A stretch of DNA of 64,000 nucleotides. It comes from an uncultured virus (IMG/VR IMGVR_UViG_3300043781_000014) (taxonomy: Duplodnaviria > Heunggongvirae > Uroviricota > Caudoviricetes). Shown piece by piece: positions 8,165 through 18,337 of the stretch. The stretch lies in IMG/VR virus record IMGVR_UViG_3300043781_000014, positions 1 to 64,000 of that record; one strand, given 5' to 3'. Position numbers and translations under genes: made by a program. The notes under the pieces are model-generated. The model was not told the origin of the DNA. It made no database searches and worked only from the letters and a program-made list of their open reading frames with translations. The number at the start of each line of letters is the position of its first letter. Position 1 is the first letter of the stretch.

Positions 8165-9853
8165 ATGAAAACAGATCAGCAATTTAAACAGGAAGTATAT
8201 GATTTAGTAGAGAATGAATATAAATTTTTAGAAGATTATAAAGGATCAATGACCAAAATTAAAGTTCTTCATACTAAATGTGGGTATACCTATAAAGTAA
8301 CACCTAATAACTTTTTAAGAGGAAAGCGTTGTCCTAAATGTGCTGGCAATATAAGAAAAACAACTAGACAGTTTAATCAAGAGGTAAAAAGTTTAGTAGG
8401 TGACGAATATACAATTCTAACGCCTTATAAAAATGCTAGGACGAAAATTTTAGTGAAACACAATAAGTGTGGTTATACTTATAAAGTAACACCTAATGAT
8501 TTTTTAAAGGGTAATCGTTGTCCTAAATGTATTAAGAATAGAAAGAAGAATACAGATGATTTTAAACAAGAAGTTTATAATCTTGTAGGTGACGAGTATA
8601 CTGTTCTAGGTAAGTATAAGAATAGTAAAACTAAGGTATTACTAAGACATAATAAGTGTGGGAATGAATGTGATGTATTACCTAGTGCTTTTTTAAGAGG
8701 TACTAGATGCCCAAAGTGTTTTAAAAATAAGAGGAAAACAACTGAACAGTTTAAAGAAGAGGTTTATAACCTTGTAGGTAGTGAATACACTGTCTTAAGT
8801 GAATATAAGAATAGTAAAACTAAGGTATTAATGAAGCATAATAAATGTGGATCTAGTTTTTATACTTTTTCTAATAACTTTTTAAAGGGTAATCGTTGTC
8901 CTAAATGTGCTGGCAATATGAGAAAAACAACTAGACAGTTTAGTCAAGAAGTATACAATTTAGTAGGGGACGAGTATTCTGTTTTAGGTGAGTATGTAGG
9001 TAGCAACATTAAAATTTTGATGAAACATAATAAGTGTGGGAATGAATATGAAGTATCACCCAGTGCTTTTTTACAGGGTGCTAGATGCCCTCAATGCAAA
9101 GGGGGAGTTAGAAAAACACCTAAGCAGTTTGAACGGGACTTCTATTCTGTTGCACAAGGTAATTATAAATTACTAAGCGTATATAAAAATTCACATACAA
9201 AGGTCAAGGTTAAACATTTATCTTGTGGGAATGTGTATATGGTTAATCCTACTGCTTTTTTACGAGGGGAGAGGTGTCCTCGATGTTTTGGGAATCATAG
9301 AAAAACACAGCAAGAATTTGAAGATATAATATATAATTTAACAGAGGGAGATTATGTAGTATTAAGTAAGTATAAAAATGCTAATACTAAAGTTGTTTTT
9401 GAGCATAAAGTATGTGGAAATAGTTTTAGCATGGTTCCTTATGATTTTATAGGTAGTGGTCATCGTTGTCCTTGGTGTTTTCAATCAGGTTCTAGTCATG
9501 GTAATTCTATGATTGATAAAGTGTTGAGTAAATTAGGAATTAAATATTATAGGGAGTTTAAGTTTAGTGGGTGTAAGGATAAGCGCAAACTTCCATTCGA
9601 TTTTTATTTACCAGACTATAATTTATGTATAGAATATGATGGTAAACAGCATTTTGATAGAGATTCTAAATTTTATTCTACAGACTTAGTTAAACACGAT
9701 AGAATAAAAGATCAATTTTGTTTAGATAATAATATTAATCTCTTAAGGATAAAGTATACATCTGATACTTTATCTAGTGTTAGAAAATTGATATTAGAGA
9801 CCGTGGCTGGGATCGAAGCACAAAATCATGTACAAACTCACTATGCAGACTAG
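8165..9853 (+). CDS. free-standing homing-type endonuclease: 7 x 63-aa Zn-binding repeats + PD-(D/E)XK/Vsr-like nuclease domain
   Basis: Repeats HxxC-x16-CxxC; C-terminal LPFDFYLPDYNLCIEYDGKQH...D..KD.FC....I.LLRI. Confidence 0.8.
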   Translation: MKTDQQFKQEVYDLVENEYKFLEDYKGSMTKIKVLHTKCGYTYKVTPNNFLRGKRCPKCAGNIRKTTRQFNQEVKSLVGDEYTILTPYKNARTKILVKHNKCGYTYKVTPNDFLKGNRCPKCIKNRKKNTDDFKQEVYNLVGDEYTVLGKYKNSKTKVLLRHNKCGNECDVLPSAFLRGTRCPKCFKNKRKTTEQFKEEVYNLVGSEYTVLSEYKNSKTKVLMKHNKCGSSFYTFSNNFLKGNRCPKCAGNMRKTTRQFSQEVYNLVGDEYSVLGEYVGSNIKILMKHNKCGNEYEVSPSAFLQGARCPQCKGGVRKTPKQFERDFYSVAQGNYKLLSVYKNSHTKVKVKHLSCGNVYMVNPTAFLRGERCPRCFGNHRKTQQEFEDIIYNLTEGDYVVLSKYKNANTKVVFEHKVCGNSFSMVPYDFIGSGHRCPWCFQSGSSHGNSMIDKVLSKLGIKYYREFKFSGCKDKRKLPFDFYLPDYNLCIEYDGKQHFDRDSKFYSTDLVKHDRIKDQFCLDNNINLLRIKYTSDTLSSVRKLILETVAGIEAQNHVQTHYAD

Positions 9854-9883
9854 CAGACTACAATAAAACAATTAATTAAATTA

Positions 9884-9917
9884 GAACCCTGTATCATTAA
9901 CTTGATATAGGGTTTTT
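9884..9917 (+). terminator. intrinsic terminator
   Basis: AACCCTGTATCA-loop-TGATATAGGGTT then T run. Confidence 0.7.
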
Positions 9918-9952
9918 CATATATTAAGAATAGTTGAAAGCGAGGATATAAA

Positions 9953-10585
9953 ATGGCTAAAACAAAAGAGGAAATCTTAGCTGAAATGAAAAAAGCGCAA
10001 GCACAGCAACGAGAAGTTCGAGAACATACAGGAAGGGCACCTCGTGGTGGGGAGGCTCAACCTGTAGAAGAAAAACAGTCTAAAGAAGAAAAGAAACAAC
10101 AATCAGTCTCTGATGACGTAAGAATTAAGCAATTAGAAGAGAAGGTTCAAGCCCTAAAACGAGATAAGGCAGATTTAAGAGACCAAGTAGAAAACAAAGA
10201 ACAGGTAAGTAATTATCAAAAAGAACAGGAAGCTTTGTCTTCTGTTATTCAAAATAATGATGATTACCATTTTGTTAAGAAGTATACAGTTTCTACTGCT
10301 AAAGGACAAAAACGTGAATTTGTAGTTAAAATGCACGCTCCTAGTGTAATGGAACAAGCTGAAATTCAACAGGAGTTTGTTGATCTTACCTCTGGTCGAG
10401 GTGCTGGTTTCTTAGCTGGTTTACAAGATTTGTATTTGGCGATTGGTTACTTCCGTGTGGTAGGAGATAACGTACCTAATTGGTTTACTGATGTAGATAA
10501 GACTTATCGGGTAGATATTTTACTAGACGTATTCCGTGACTATGAGGAATGGTTAGACTTTTTTCTGCAAGACCAGCTCCAGTAG
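9953..10585 (+). CDS. tail assembly chaperone (G-like)
   Basis: Position before the TMP; K-like chaperone pattern (F.VK...P...EQ..I; Y.EWLDFF). Confidence 0.7.
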   Translation: MAKTKEEILAEMKKAQAQQREVREHTGRAPRGGEAQPVEEKQSKEEKKQQSVSDDVRIKQLEEKVQALKRDKADLRDQVENKEQVSNYQKEQEALSSVIQNNDDYHFVKKYTVSTAKGQKREFVVKMHAPSVMEQAEIQQEFVDLTSGRGAGFLAGLQDLYLAIGYFRVVGDNVPNWFTDVDKTYRVDILLDVFRDYEEWLDFFLQDQLQ

Positions 10586-11126
10586 AAAAGATATAAAAGA
10601 ACATCCAGATTGGAATATTAATCTATCCCCTGCTTTAAATCGTCTTGGAGGTATTCAAACTTTAGTTCGTTCTACCTCTGGTCGTAATATGTGGGCTATT
10701 ATGAAGTTTTTTAAAGTGCTTCCTAATGATCCATTATTAAAGTCACTTACTTTTGCTCAACGGGAGTTTATTATTGCGTCTATGAATGAGGACGTAAAAG
10801 AGGCAGAGCGTCAAGCTAAAGGTGAGAAAGAAGTTTCTCATGTTGAAGATAAGAGCTTTGAAAAGAAGTTCTACTCTAACGAAAATGTTGAGCTTCTTGA
10901 ACAGGGAGATAACTTAGACGATATTTATAAGCAGACACTTAAACTTAAGGCTAAAGAGGACGCTCGACAGGGTGTTAGCGAGAACTATGATGAAGTTCTT
11001 GACTTTAAGATTAAGCAGGCTATTGAAGAACACGAATTGAAGCAACGGAATGCAGAAGCACAAGTTGACGAAAACTGGAAGAAATTAATTGAAAAGTCTA
11101 ATAATTATGAATTTGATGATGAGTAG
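10557..11126 (+). CDS. tail assembly chaperone extension (GT-like), probably read by +1 frameshift
   Basis: Frame is open from 10557, overlapping GAC TTT TTT CTG; LGGIQTLVRS..GRNMWAIMKFFKVLP motif. Confidence 0.65.
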   Translation, partial: TFFCKTSSSRKDIKEHPDWNINLSPALNRLGGIQTLVRSTSGRNMWAIMKFFKVLPNDPLLKSLTFAQREFIIASMNEDVKEAERQAKGEKEVSHVEDKSFEKKFYSNENVELLEQGDNLDDIYKQTLKLKAKEDARQGVSENYDEVLDFKIKQAIEEHELKQRNAEAQVDENWKKLIEKSNNYEFDDE

Positions 11127-11134
11127 GTGAAGTA

Positions 11135-14100
11135 ATGTCAGTGTCACGATATACAGTAAAACTTGATATTGGCGATGGTCGTTTTAAATCTCTTGCTAGT
11201 CAGTTAAACAGATTAAATAAAGAAATTGATCGGGTCTATCAACGAGGTCAAGATAATAACAATACTGTAAGTGACAAAGACTTAACTAACTTACAAAGTC
11301 ATTTATCTGGTCTTGTACAGGCAATTGATGATAGAAAGCAACGGACTAATGAACAATTAGACCAAGCAAGAATTGTTAATGATACAGATCAGATTGCTAA
11401 ATTTTTAGACGAATTAAAAGAGTTGACAGACGCTGGTAAGGAGTCTAATCAACTCTTTTCTTCTTATAAATTTAATCAAGTAAACAATTATCGAGTTAAT
11501 TCTTCAAGAGCATTTAGAACTAATGACTTCGATAAACTTAATTCTGATTTTCAACATGATTTAACTGATTTAAAAGATAGTATTGGTAAGTTAAGTAACC
11601 GTAGTAAGATTTTAGAAAGACGTTGGGATCGTGGTGTTTTTAATGGTGCGATTACTTATGAACGGTGGCAAAAGTATCAAGACCAAAATCAAACCCAAGC
11701 CAACGAGTATGATAATTATAATAATCAATATCAAGAATTAAAAAAGCAGTATGAAGACCAGTTACAACAATTAACTAAGGAACGAAATGTTTTAAATAAT
11801 CAGATTGAGTCTGGTAAAGGTAGTCAAGATGATATTACTAAACGATCTGCATTAGACGAACAGATCATAAAAATGCGAAAGGTAGATCAGACTCTAAGCG
11901 ATTTAGCTAATACACTCAGTAACACTGGAAGTCGGATTAATCTCTCTAATGCTAAGCTACATGATAAACAGACTGTAGATACTGTTGTTTTACCTGCTAA
12001 GGATTCACTAGAAGGTTTTCTTAGTACCCATAAGCGAATTCTTACTCGTTCTGCTATTGTAGGTGCAGTTGGAAATACTATACGTGCTTATAATACAGGA
12101 AATAGTCTTATTTTAAATAATTTTGATAATATTAAGTCAACTGTTTATGCTTCTGGTTTAGGAGAAAATAAGGTAGAAAATACTTTAGCAGACGCTGGAT
12201 TTAGTATGGGCTATGGTTTAGATGAGATGAGTAATTATCTTAATAATTATACGTCCGCTACTGGTAATGCTAATTTAAGTCGAAATCAAATTAAAGACGT
12301 AACAAGGTCTTGGGCTGGATTGTCTCGATATTCTGGTGCTAATGATTCTACTACTCAAAACTTGGAATACGTAAGTGCTATGACCTCATTAGCTGGTACT
12401 AAAGAATTTAGTAGCTTAGCGAATGCAATTCAAAATGAGATTACTAATTCTGGTATGAATGCAAAGGCTAATGAGCAACAACAAGCCCTAGCTAATATGT
12501 ATCAAACAGCTTTTAATGTTTCTGGTAGTACTTTATCAACTAGAGATCAAAAAGAAATTGCTGGTTTTCAAGGGGTTATGGCTCAAACTGGTAAGTCTGA
12601 ATTACAAGGACAACAGGGGGCGCAAGCCTATGCTGGTTTAGTCTCAGCCTTTCAGCCTAGTAACATAGCTTCTCTTAGGTTATTTACTGGCAATGATCCA
12701 GCTTATCAAACAAGAGAAGGTCATGCTCAAGCTATTTTTGATATGCAGGACGCTTCTAAACATCCATATAAATACAAGACTGCTATTGATAACCTTTTAA
12801 GAAATGCTAAGACACAAGCTCGTACTAAAAACGGTGATGTTACAATTGCTTCTGCTAATCTTTATAAATTATCAAAAGAGAGCGGTGGTAATCTTTCACC
12901 TCAACAAGCTAAAGACTTAGTAGAGCTTTATAAGCATAAGAAGTTTACTAAGAAGAATGTTAATAAGATTGTTAAGGGTAGTGGCAAAGGGAATAAAGAT
13001 AAGTATGATAAAACTGGTGCTAAGACCATTCAGCAACAGCAAAAGGCTATTCAAGAAAGTGAAGTTAAAGCTTCCCACGCTTTAAATCATTTCACCCATA
13101 AGCTTAATTGGATAAATAAGACTTTTTGGATTAGTAATATTATGTCTGGAGTAGGAACGTCTATGGGTGTTTCTATGCTAGGTGATCTAGGAGTAGGTCT
13201 TATTTATGGAGGTTATGTTAAGAGAGGTTATCAAAAGATAGCAGGTAGTCTTAAGAATCGGGGATTTAAAGGTACTTTATCTGCTATTAAAGGTAAGGGT
13301 AGTAGCCTAAAAGATACCGTAATTTCGATTGTAAGCAATGCTAAGAGCGATAAGTCTAGTTCTAGTGTATCTGGTACTAAAACGATTAAAAGAGCTAAAT
13401 CGGGGCTTAAAATTAATCCTACGACACTTGTAAAATCTGGATCTAAAGTTCCTGCTAGAAAGATAGGTAAAGCTGGTGCTTTAATTGGTGTTGGTATGGG
13501 TGCTTATGCTTTATATGATAGTTATAAGAATGATAATAAAGCTCATGCTTCTACAGTTAACCCTAAAGAAGATAATTCTCGTTCTAAGAATAATAAACAG
13601 TCTAATAAGAAAGCTTCTAGTATGACTGTTAGTAAGTTAGCTAAGCAGGTTCAGAACAAATATAAGCGACTTCATAAGTCAGAGTGGCGTTTAATTGATT
13701 ATCTTAATACTTATTGGGATATTTTCTTGCGTAAAGCTAAAGAATCTGGTAGTAGCTCTAGCTCTAGTGATGACGTTGGGAGTGACTCAGGAGGAGATTC
13801 TGCTAAGTCTCCAGAAGAGTGGAAGGATGATATTAAAAAAGCCGCCAAAGCTATGGGACAGAATGTATCAGACGAACAAGTCAATATGATTGTTTCCATG
13901 ATTAAGGCTGAGTCTGGAGGAGATCCTACTGTTACTCAGCAGATTAGTGATATTAATTCGGCTAATGGTCATCCAGCTCAAGGTCTTTTACAATACGTCC
14001 CTTCAACTTTTGAACATTATGCAGTTAAGGGTCATACAAATATTAAATCTGGTTATGATCAATTACTTGCGCTATTTAATGACTCTAACTGGGCTAGAGA

Positions 14101-14476
14101 TATTCATTATGGTGGTGGATGGGGTCCTACTGGTAACCCTATTAAGACTAATGCTACTGGTGGTATTCGTTATCATGCTACAGGTAACACATATAGTACA
14201 CGGGTAGCCCAAGCTCCTACTAGTCAATTTAGTATGAATTTACAGCATCCGTTAGAGTTACAAACGCTTTTTAAACAGAATATTAGAAAGTCTCAAAACT
14301 ATATTAAAGTTCAGAGAAATCGTGGAAAAGTTAATGTTAATGTAAACGTTAATCGGAGTAATATTCTTAAGGTTCAGCAGGTTGTAGACCAAACAATTAA
14401 TGAGGAATTTAACCTTTGGTTGCAGTCTAAGAAGACTGAACAGTATGCAAGCTTTTATAGTAATGAAGTTGGGTAG
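11135..14476 (+). CDS. tape-measure-like protein 1 with C-terminal lytic transglycosylase (SLT) domain
   Basis: Coiled-coil N-terminus; AESGGDP...DINSANGHPAQGLLQYVPSTF motif. Confidence 0.8.
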   Translation: MSVSRYTVKLDIGDGRFKSLASQLNRLNKEIDRVYQRGQDNNNTVSDKDLTNLQSHLSGLVQAIDDRKQRTNEQLDQARIVNDTDQIAKFLDELKELTDAGKESNQLFSSYKFNQVNNYRVNSSRAFRTNDFDKLNSDFQHDLTDLKDSIGKLSNRSKILERRWDRGVFNGAITYERWQKYQDQNQTQANEYDNYNNQYQELKKQYEDQLQQLTKERNVLNNQIESGKGSQDDITKRSALDEQIIKMRKVDQTLSDLANTLSNTGSRINLSNAKLHDKQTVDTVVLPAKDSLEGFLSTHKRILTRSAIVGAVGNTIRAYNTGNSLILNNFDNIKSTVYASGLGENKVENTLADAGFSMGYGLDEMSNYLNNYTSATGNANLSRNQIKDVTRSWAGLSRYSGANDSTTQNLEYVSAMTSLAGTKEFSSLANAIQNEITNSGMNAKANEQQQALANMYQTAFNVSGSTLSTRDQKEIAGFQGVMAQTGKSELQGQQGAQAYAGLVSAFQPSNIASLRLFTGNDPAYQTREGHAQAIFDMQDASKHPYKYKTAIDNLLRNAKTQARTKNGDVTIASANLYKLSKESGGNLSPQQAKDLVELYKHKKFTKKNVNKIVKGSGKGNKDKYDKTGAKTIQQQQKAIQESEVKASHALNHFTHKLNWINKTFWISNIMSGVGTSMGVSMLGDLGVGLIYGGYVKRGYQKIAGSLKNRGFKGTLSAIKGKGSSLKDTVISIVSNAKSDKSSSSVSGTKTIKRAKSGLKINPTTLVKSGSKVPARKIGKAGALIGVGMGAYALYDSYKNDNKAHASTVNPKEDNSRSKNNKQSNKKASSMTVSKLAKQVQNKYKRLHKSEWRLIDYLNTYWDIFLRKAKESGSSSSSSDDVGSDSGGDSAKSPEEWKDDIKKAAKAMGQNVSDEQVNMIVSMIKAESGGDPTVTQQISDINSANGHPAQGLLQYVPSTFEHYAVKGHTNIKSGYDQLLALFNDSNWARDIHYGGGWGPTGNPIKTNATGGIRYHATGNTYSTRVAQAPTSQFSMNLQHPLELQTLFKQNIRKSQNYIKVQRNRGKVNVNVNVNRSNILKVQQVVDQTINEEFNLWLQSKKTEQYASFYSNEVG

Positions 14477-14484
14477 GTGATTGA

Positions 14485-17400
14485 GTGAGCAAGCAAGAAG
14501 ATACAAATATTAAGGTTACGGCTGATGTTGACCCCGCCAAAGCGAGTCTTCGAGAAATTGAGGATCTAGTTAATTCTACCCAACAGAAGATTAATCGGGT
14601 ATTTAGTACTGTACAAGATAATAACGGTCAGATTAGTAATAAGCAGTTAGCTGGGGTTCAAAATGGCTTTGGTCGTTTGGACGAAGTTAAATCTGCTTTA
14701 GATAATGCTCTTAACCAAGCTAAGGCAACTCAAAATGGTTCTAAGCTAGAAGAAAGCATTAATACTTTAGCTCCTAAGTTAGATCTAGTTGTTAGTAGCT
14801 TAAGAGAGTTAAGATCTGGTAATAATAGTACTAAGCTTGATTCTATCTTTAATGCTCGTACAACTACTTCTCGTGCTTTTATAGACGGGAGTGCTACTAT
14901 TCGTGGTGAAGAGGGAGACTTTAGTCAACAAAACTTACATTATGAAAGTTTAGCTAGAGAAAGTCGATCTGATATTCATAATTTAGCTAGTTCGCTTAAA
15001 CGTGAAATGGGTAACTTAGACGTTGGTAGGAAGTCTGGTTATATTTCATATAATCGTTATCACCAGTACAAAGCCTCGTCTCAGTCTATTCAAAGCCGTT
15101 TGCAAGAACAACGAGATCGGTTTGATTCTCCTACTGGTGATATTGCTCGTTTTGCTAGTTATTATCAAAATTTACAAACTCAGGCAAAGGAAGCTAATAA
15201 TATTGCTTCTGCACCGGGCGCAACTACTGAGCAGGTTCGTTATGCTAGAGCTTTAGACGAACAAGTTAAGCACCTAGAAAAGGTTAATGAGCAATTTAAG
15301 AAGCAGGAAGAAGAATTACGAACTGCCGAAAAGAATTCAGAGTCGTTTAATGATCGCCTTAATGATACTCAAGGAGTAACTATTGGTGATGACCCTAATT
15401 CTTTTATGGGTCAGCTTAATAAGCGTAAATATACTATTTTACGTGGTGCTATCTCTGCTGGGGGCGCTTCTATTGCTAGTGCTTATGCTCAAGGAAATAG
15501 TTTAAGACTTTCTAGTTTTGACGATATTAAGTCTACTGCATATGCTAATGGTGGTAGAGATGGTGAAGTTCTTAATACTCTAGGTGACTACGGTTATAAA
15601 TATGGTTATAATGGCGCAGAAATGGGTCAGTTTGCCAATGCTTATACTTCTACTACTGGTAATGTGGGGAGTACTAGAGATGTTGCTGGTGTTGCTCAGA
15701 CGTGGGCTAGACAGTCTCGTATCACAGGAGCTAATGCACAGAGTACTTTAGGGCTAGAACAGACTGTCGGTAATAGTGCTAATTTAAATTCTAGTCAGAT
15801 GAGTAGTGTCGGTAATGCAATTACTAACTCTATCATCAATTCTGGTATGAGTGCTAAGGCAACTGAACAGCAACAAGGATTATCCATGTTAATTCAGAAT
15901 GCAAGTAATCAAGGTCTTACTGCTCGTGACGAGAAGAACTTAGCGGGCTTCCAAGGTGCAATTGCTAGTGGTGGGGCACAGTTCCAAGGTACACAAGGCG
16001 CTCAAAATACTATGCAGTTAGCTCAAGGATTAGGTAATGTTAATAGACCCAATGATGAGACAGCTTTTTGCTCAGTCTAATCCTAGTCGCTATACAGGGG
16101 TAGAGGGTTCTGCTAATATGGTTTTTGATATGCAAGAGTTCCAGAAGAAACCATGGAAGATGAAAGGAATTCTCCAAAATGCTGAAAAAGATTTTGGTAG
16201 TCGCAAGGTTGCTTCCGCTAATCTATAGTCAGGCGACTGATGTTCCGGCAGAGACTATTGAAAAGTGGATTCAATTAGCGGATTCTGGTAAGTTAGACAA
16301 GAAGCATATAGATAAGCTAGAAAAATCATCTAGTGCAAGTAAAGAAGGCGGGAAAGCAGATCAGGACTATGATAAGACAGGAGCTTCACAACTTCAAAAG
16401 TATAATTCTGCATTAGCTGATTCTGCTATGAAAGCTAGTCAAGCTTTAGACGGTTTACGTGGTATTATTGCTAAGGCTTATAAAGCTGGTGGTGGGTTAT
16501 CTCCATTTGTTTCTGGTGTCGCTAGTGCATTTGGCGCTGGTGCTGGAAATCTTATGAGTATCTATGCTCTTGATAAGTTAAGAGGTAAAGGTGGTTCTGG
16601 AGGTGCTGGAGGGTCTGGTATCTTAGGGCGTATCTTTAAAGGTGGTAAATCATCTGTAGAAAAGGAAGCTGAAAAAGCAACTGCTAAAGCTGGAGAAGAA
16701 GCTGTTAAAACTGGTGCTAAATCAGTTTCCCGTTCTGGTATCAAAGCTACTGCTTCTGGTATTCTAAAGTCTAGTAAGCTAAGAGGTTTAGTTCGTGGTG
16801 CTAAAGCTGGGTTGCCGGGTGTTGGTGATTTAGTCTTTGGTGGTTTAGATCTAGCTACCTCTGTTGCAACTACTAAGAAAGGTACTAAAGCTCGTAGAAA
16901 AGCTGTTGGTTCTAGCTTAGGATCATCTGCTGGTAGTGTTGCCGGTGGGGTTGTTGGAGGACTGATAGGTTCAATTTTCCCCGGTGCTGGTACTGCGGTT
17001 GGTGCGGTTGCTGGTAGTGTAGCTGGTGGCTGGTTAGGTGATAAGTTTGGTGGTTTCCTTGGTGGTAAGATAGGTAAGTCTAAGGATAAAGCTATTAATA
17101 AAGCTAAAGGACAATCACTTAGAGACGCTCGTAAGACTGCAAGTAAGTATAATAAGTCTGGTGGCGTACTAAGAGGTATTCTAAAGAATGGTAAGCGATT
17201 CTTACCGGGGGTTGCTCTTGGCGTTGCTGGCTTAGGCTTAATGGACGATTTCTTTGGAGGTAAAGCTAAAGCTTCTTCAAAGAAGGATAGTGAGAAATCA
17301 GAAGCATGGCGTATTTTACGTGGTTATGATAAAATGCTTGACCATGCTATGCGAGTAGTTCAATCTGCTAAGTCTATTAAGAATGGTGGAGACTCTAGTT

Positions 17401-18234
17401 CTAGTAAAGATGGTGATGGCTCTGATATATCCGGTACTTCTGGTGAGGGAGAAAAGGCTATTCGGAGCGTTGCAAAAGCTATTGGTAAGAAGCTTGGTGT
17501 TGATCCTAAACTAGTTTATGCACAATTGATGCACGAAACTAATGGCGGTACTCATATGGCTGGTAAAAACAACTATGGTGGTATTGTTTATGCTGGTCAG
17601 AAAGGTGCTAAAGCTGGGTCTCATCAGCCAGACGGTAGTGGTAATTATGCAGACTTTGATAGCCTAGACGACTTTGCTAATGCTTATGCTTCTACTCTTC
17701 AGAAGATGGGTATTAATAGTAGTATTAAGTCTGTTAATGACTGGGCTAATCAGCTTCATAGTAAGGGTTACTTTACTGATTCTCCTGCTAATTATGCTGG
17801 GGGAATGGAAAGATTTGCTAAGCAGTATGCTGTTGGTGGTATTCGTCAATACGCTTCTGGTAGTCCTTTAATCACAGATCATCCAACTACTAATAATGGT
17901 AGTGATGTTTATGGTGAGGCTGGGACAGAAGCTTATGTACCATTAAATGCTGGTCATTACTTTAGTGGGCTTTCTACCTTTAGACGACTTAGCTGGTATC
18001 TTTGGTAAAAAGGTAGTTAATCCGGGAGTTTCTGAGTCTGGTGGAAAATCAACTACTATTAATCCAAGTTATAATATTAACCTTACGATTAATGGTGGTA
18101 CTGATGATCCAGATACATTAGCCCAAACAGTGGCTAATAAAGTAAGAGAAATGCTAAGTCAATATGATAGTCAGCAAGCAATGAGTAACCAGCAAACATT
18201 CTTTGCTAATGAAACTTCTGGACTTCTAGTCTAA
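14485..18234 (+). CDS. tape-measure-like protein 2 with glucosaminidase (GH73-like) domain; three apparent +1 frameshifts (~16045, 16226, 17980)
   Basis: Four consecutive ORF pieces join into one protein; HETNGG..NNYGGI..YADFDS..GYFTD; GEAGTEAYVPL; Gly-rich membrane-like segments. Confidence 0.75.
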
Positions 18235-18276
18235 ATGAAGTTATAATTCAATTGAACATTTATTAATACACACCCT

Positions 18277-18313
18277 AAAATCCTCTATGTTTCAGACGTG
18301 CATAGGGGATTTT
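18277..18313 (+). terminator. hairpin / terminator
   Basis: AAAATCCTCTATG...CATAGGGGATTTT. Confidence 0.6.
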
Positions 18314-18337
18314 GATTTATATTAAAGGAAAATAGAG

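Noticed and set aside
8165..9490. 189-bp periodic repeats as a possible CRISPR or ncRNA array
   Set aside because: They are in-frame protein repeats with codon-level divergence and no repeat-spacer structure.
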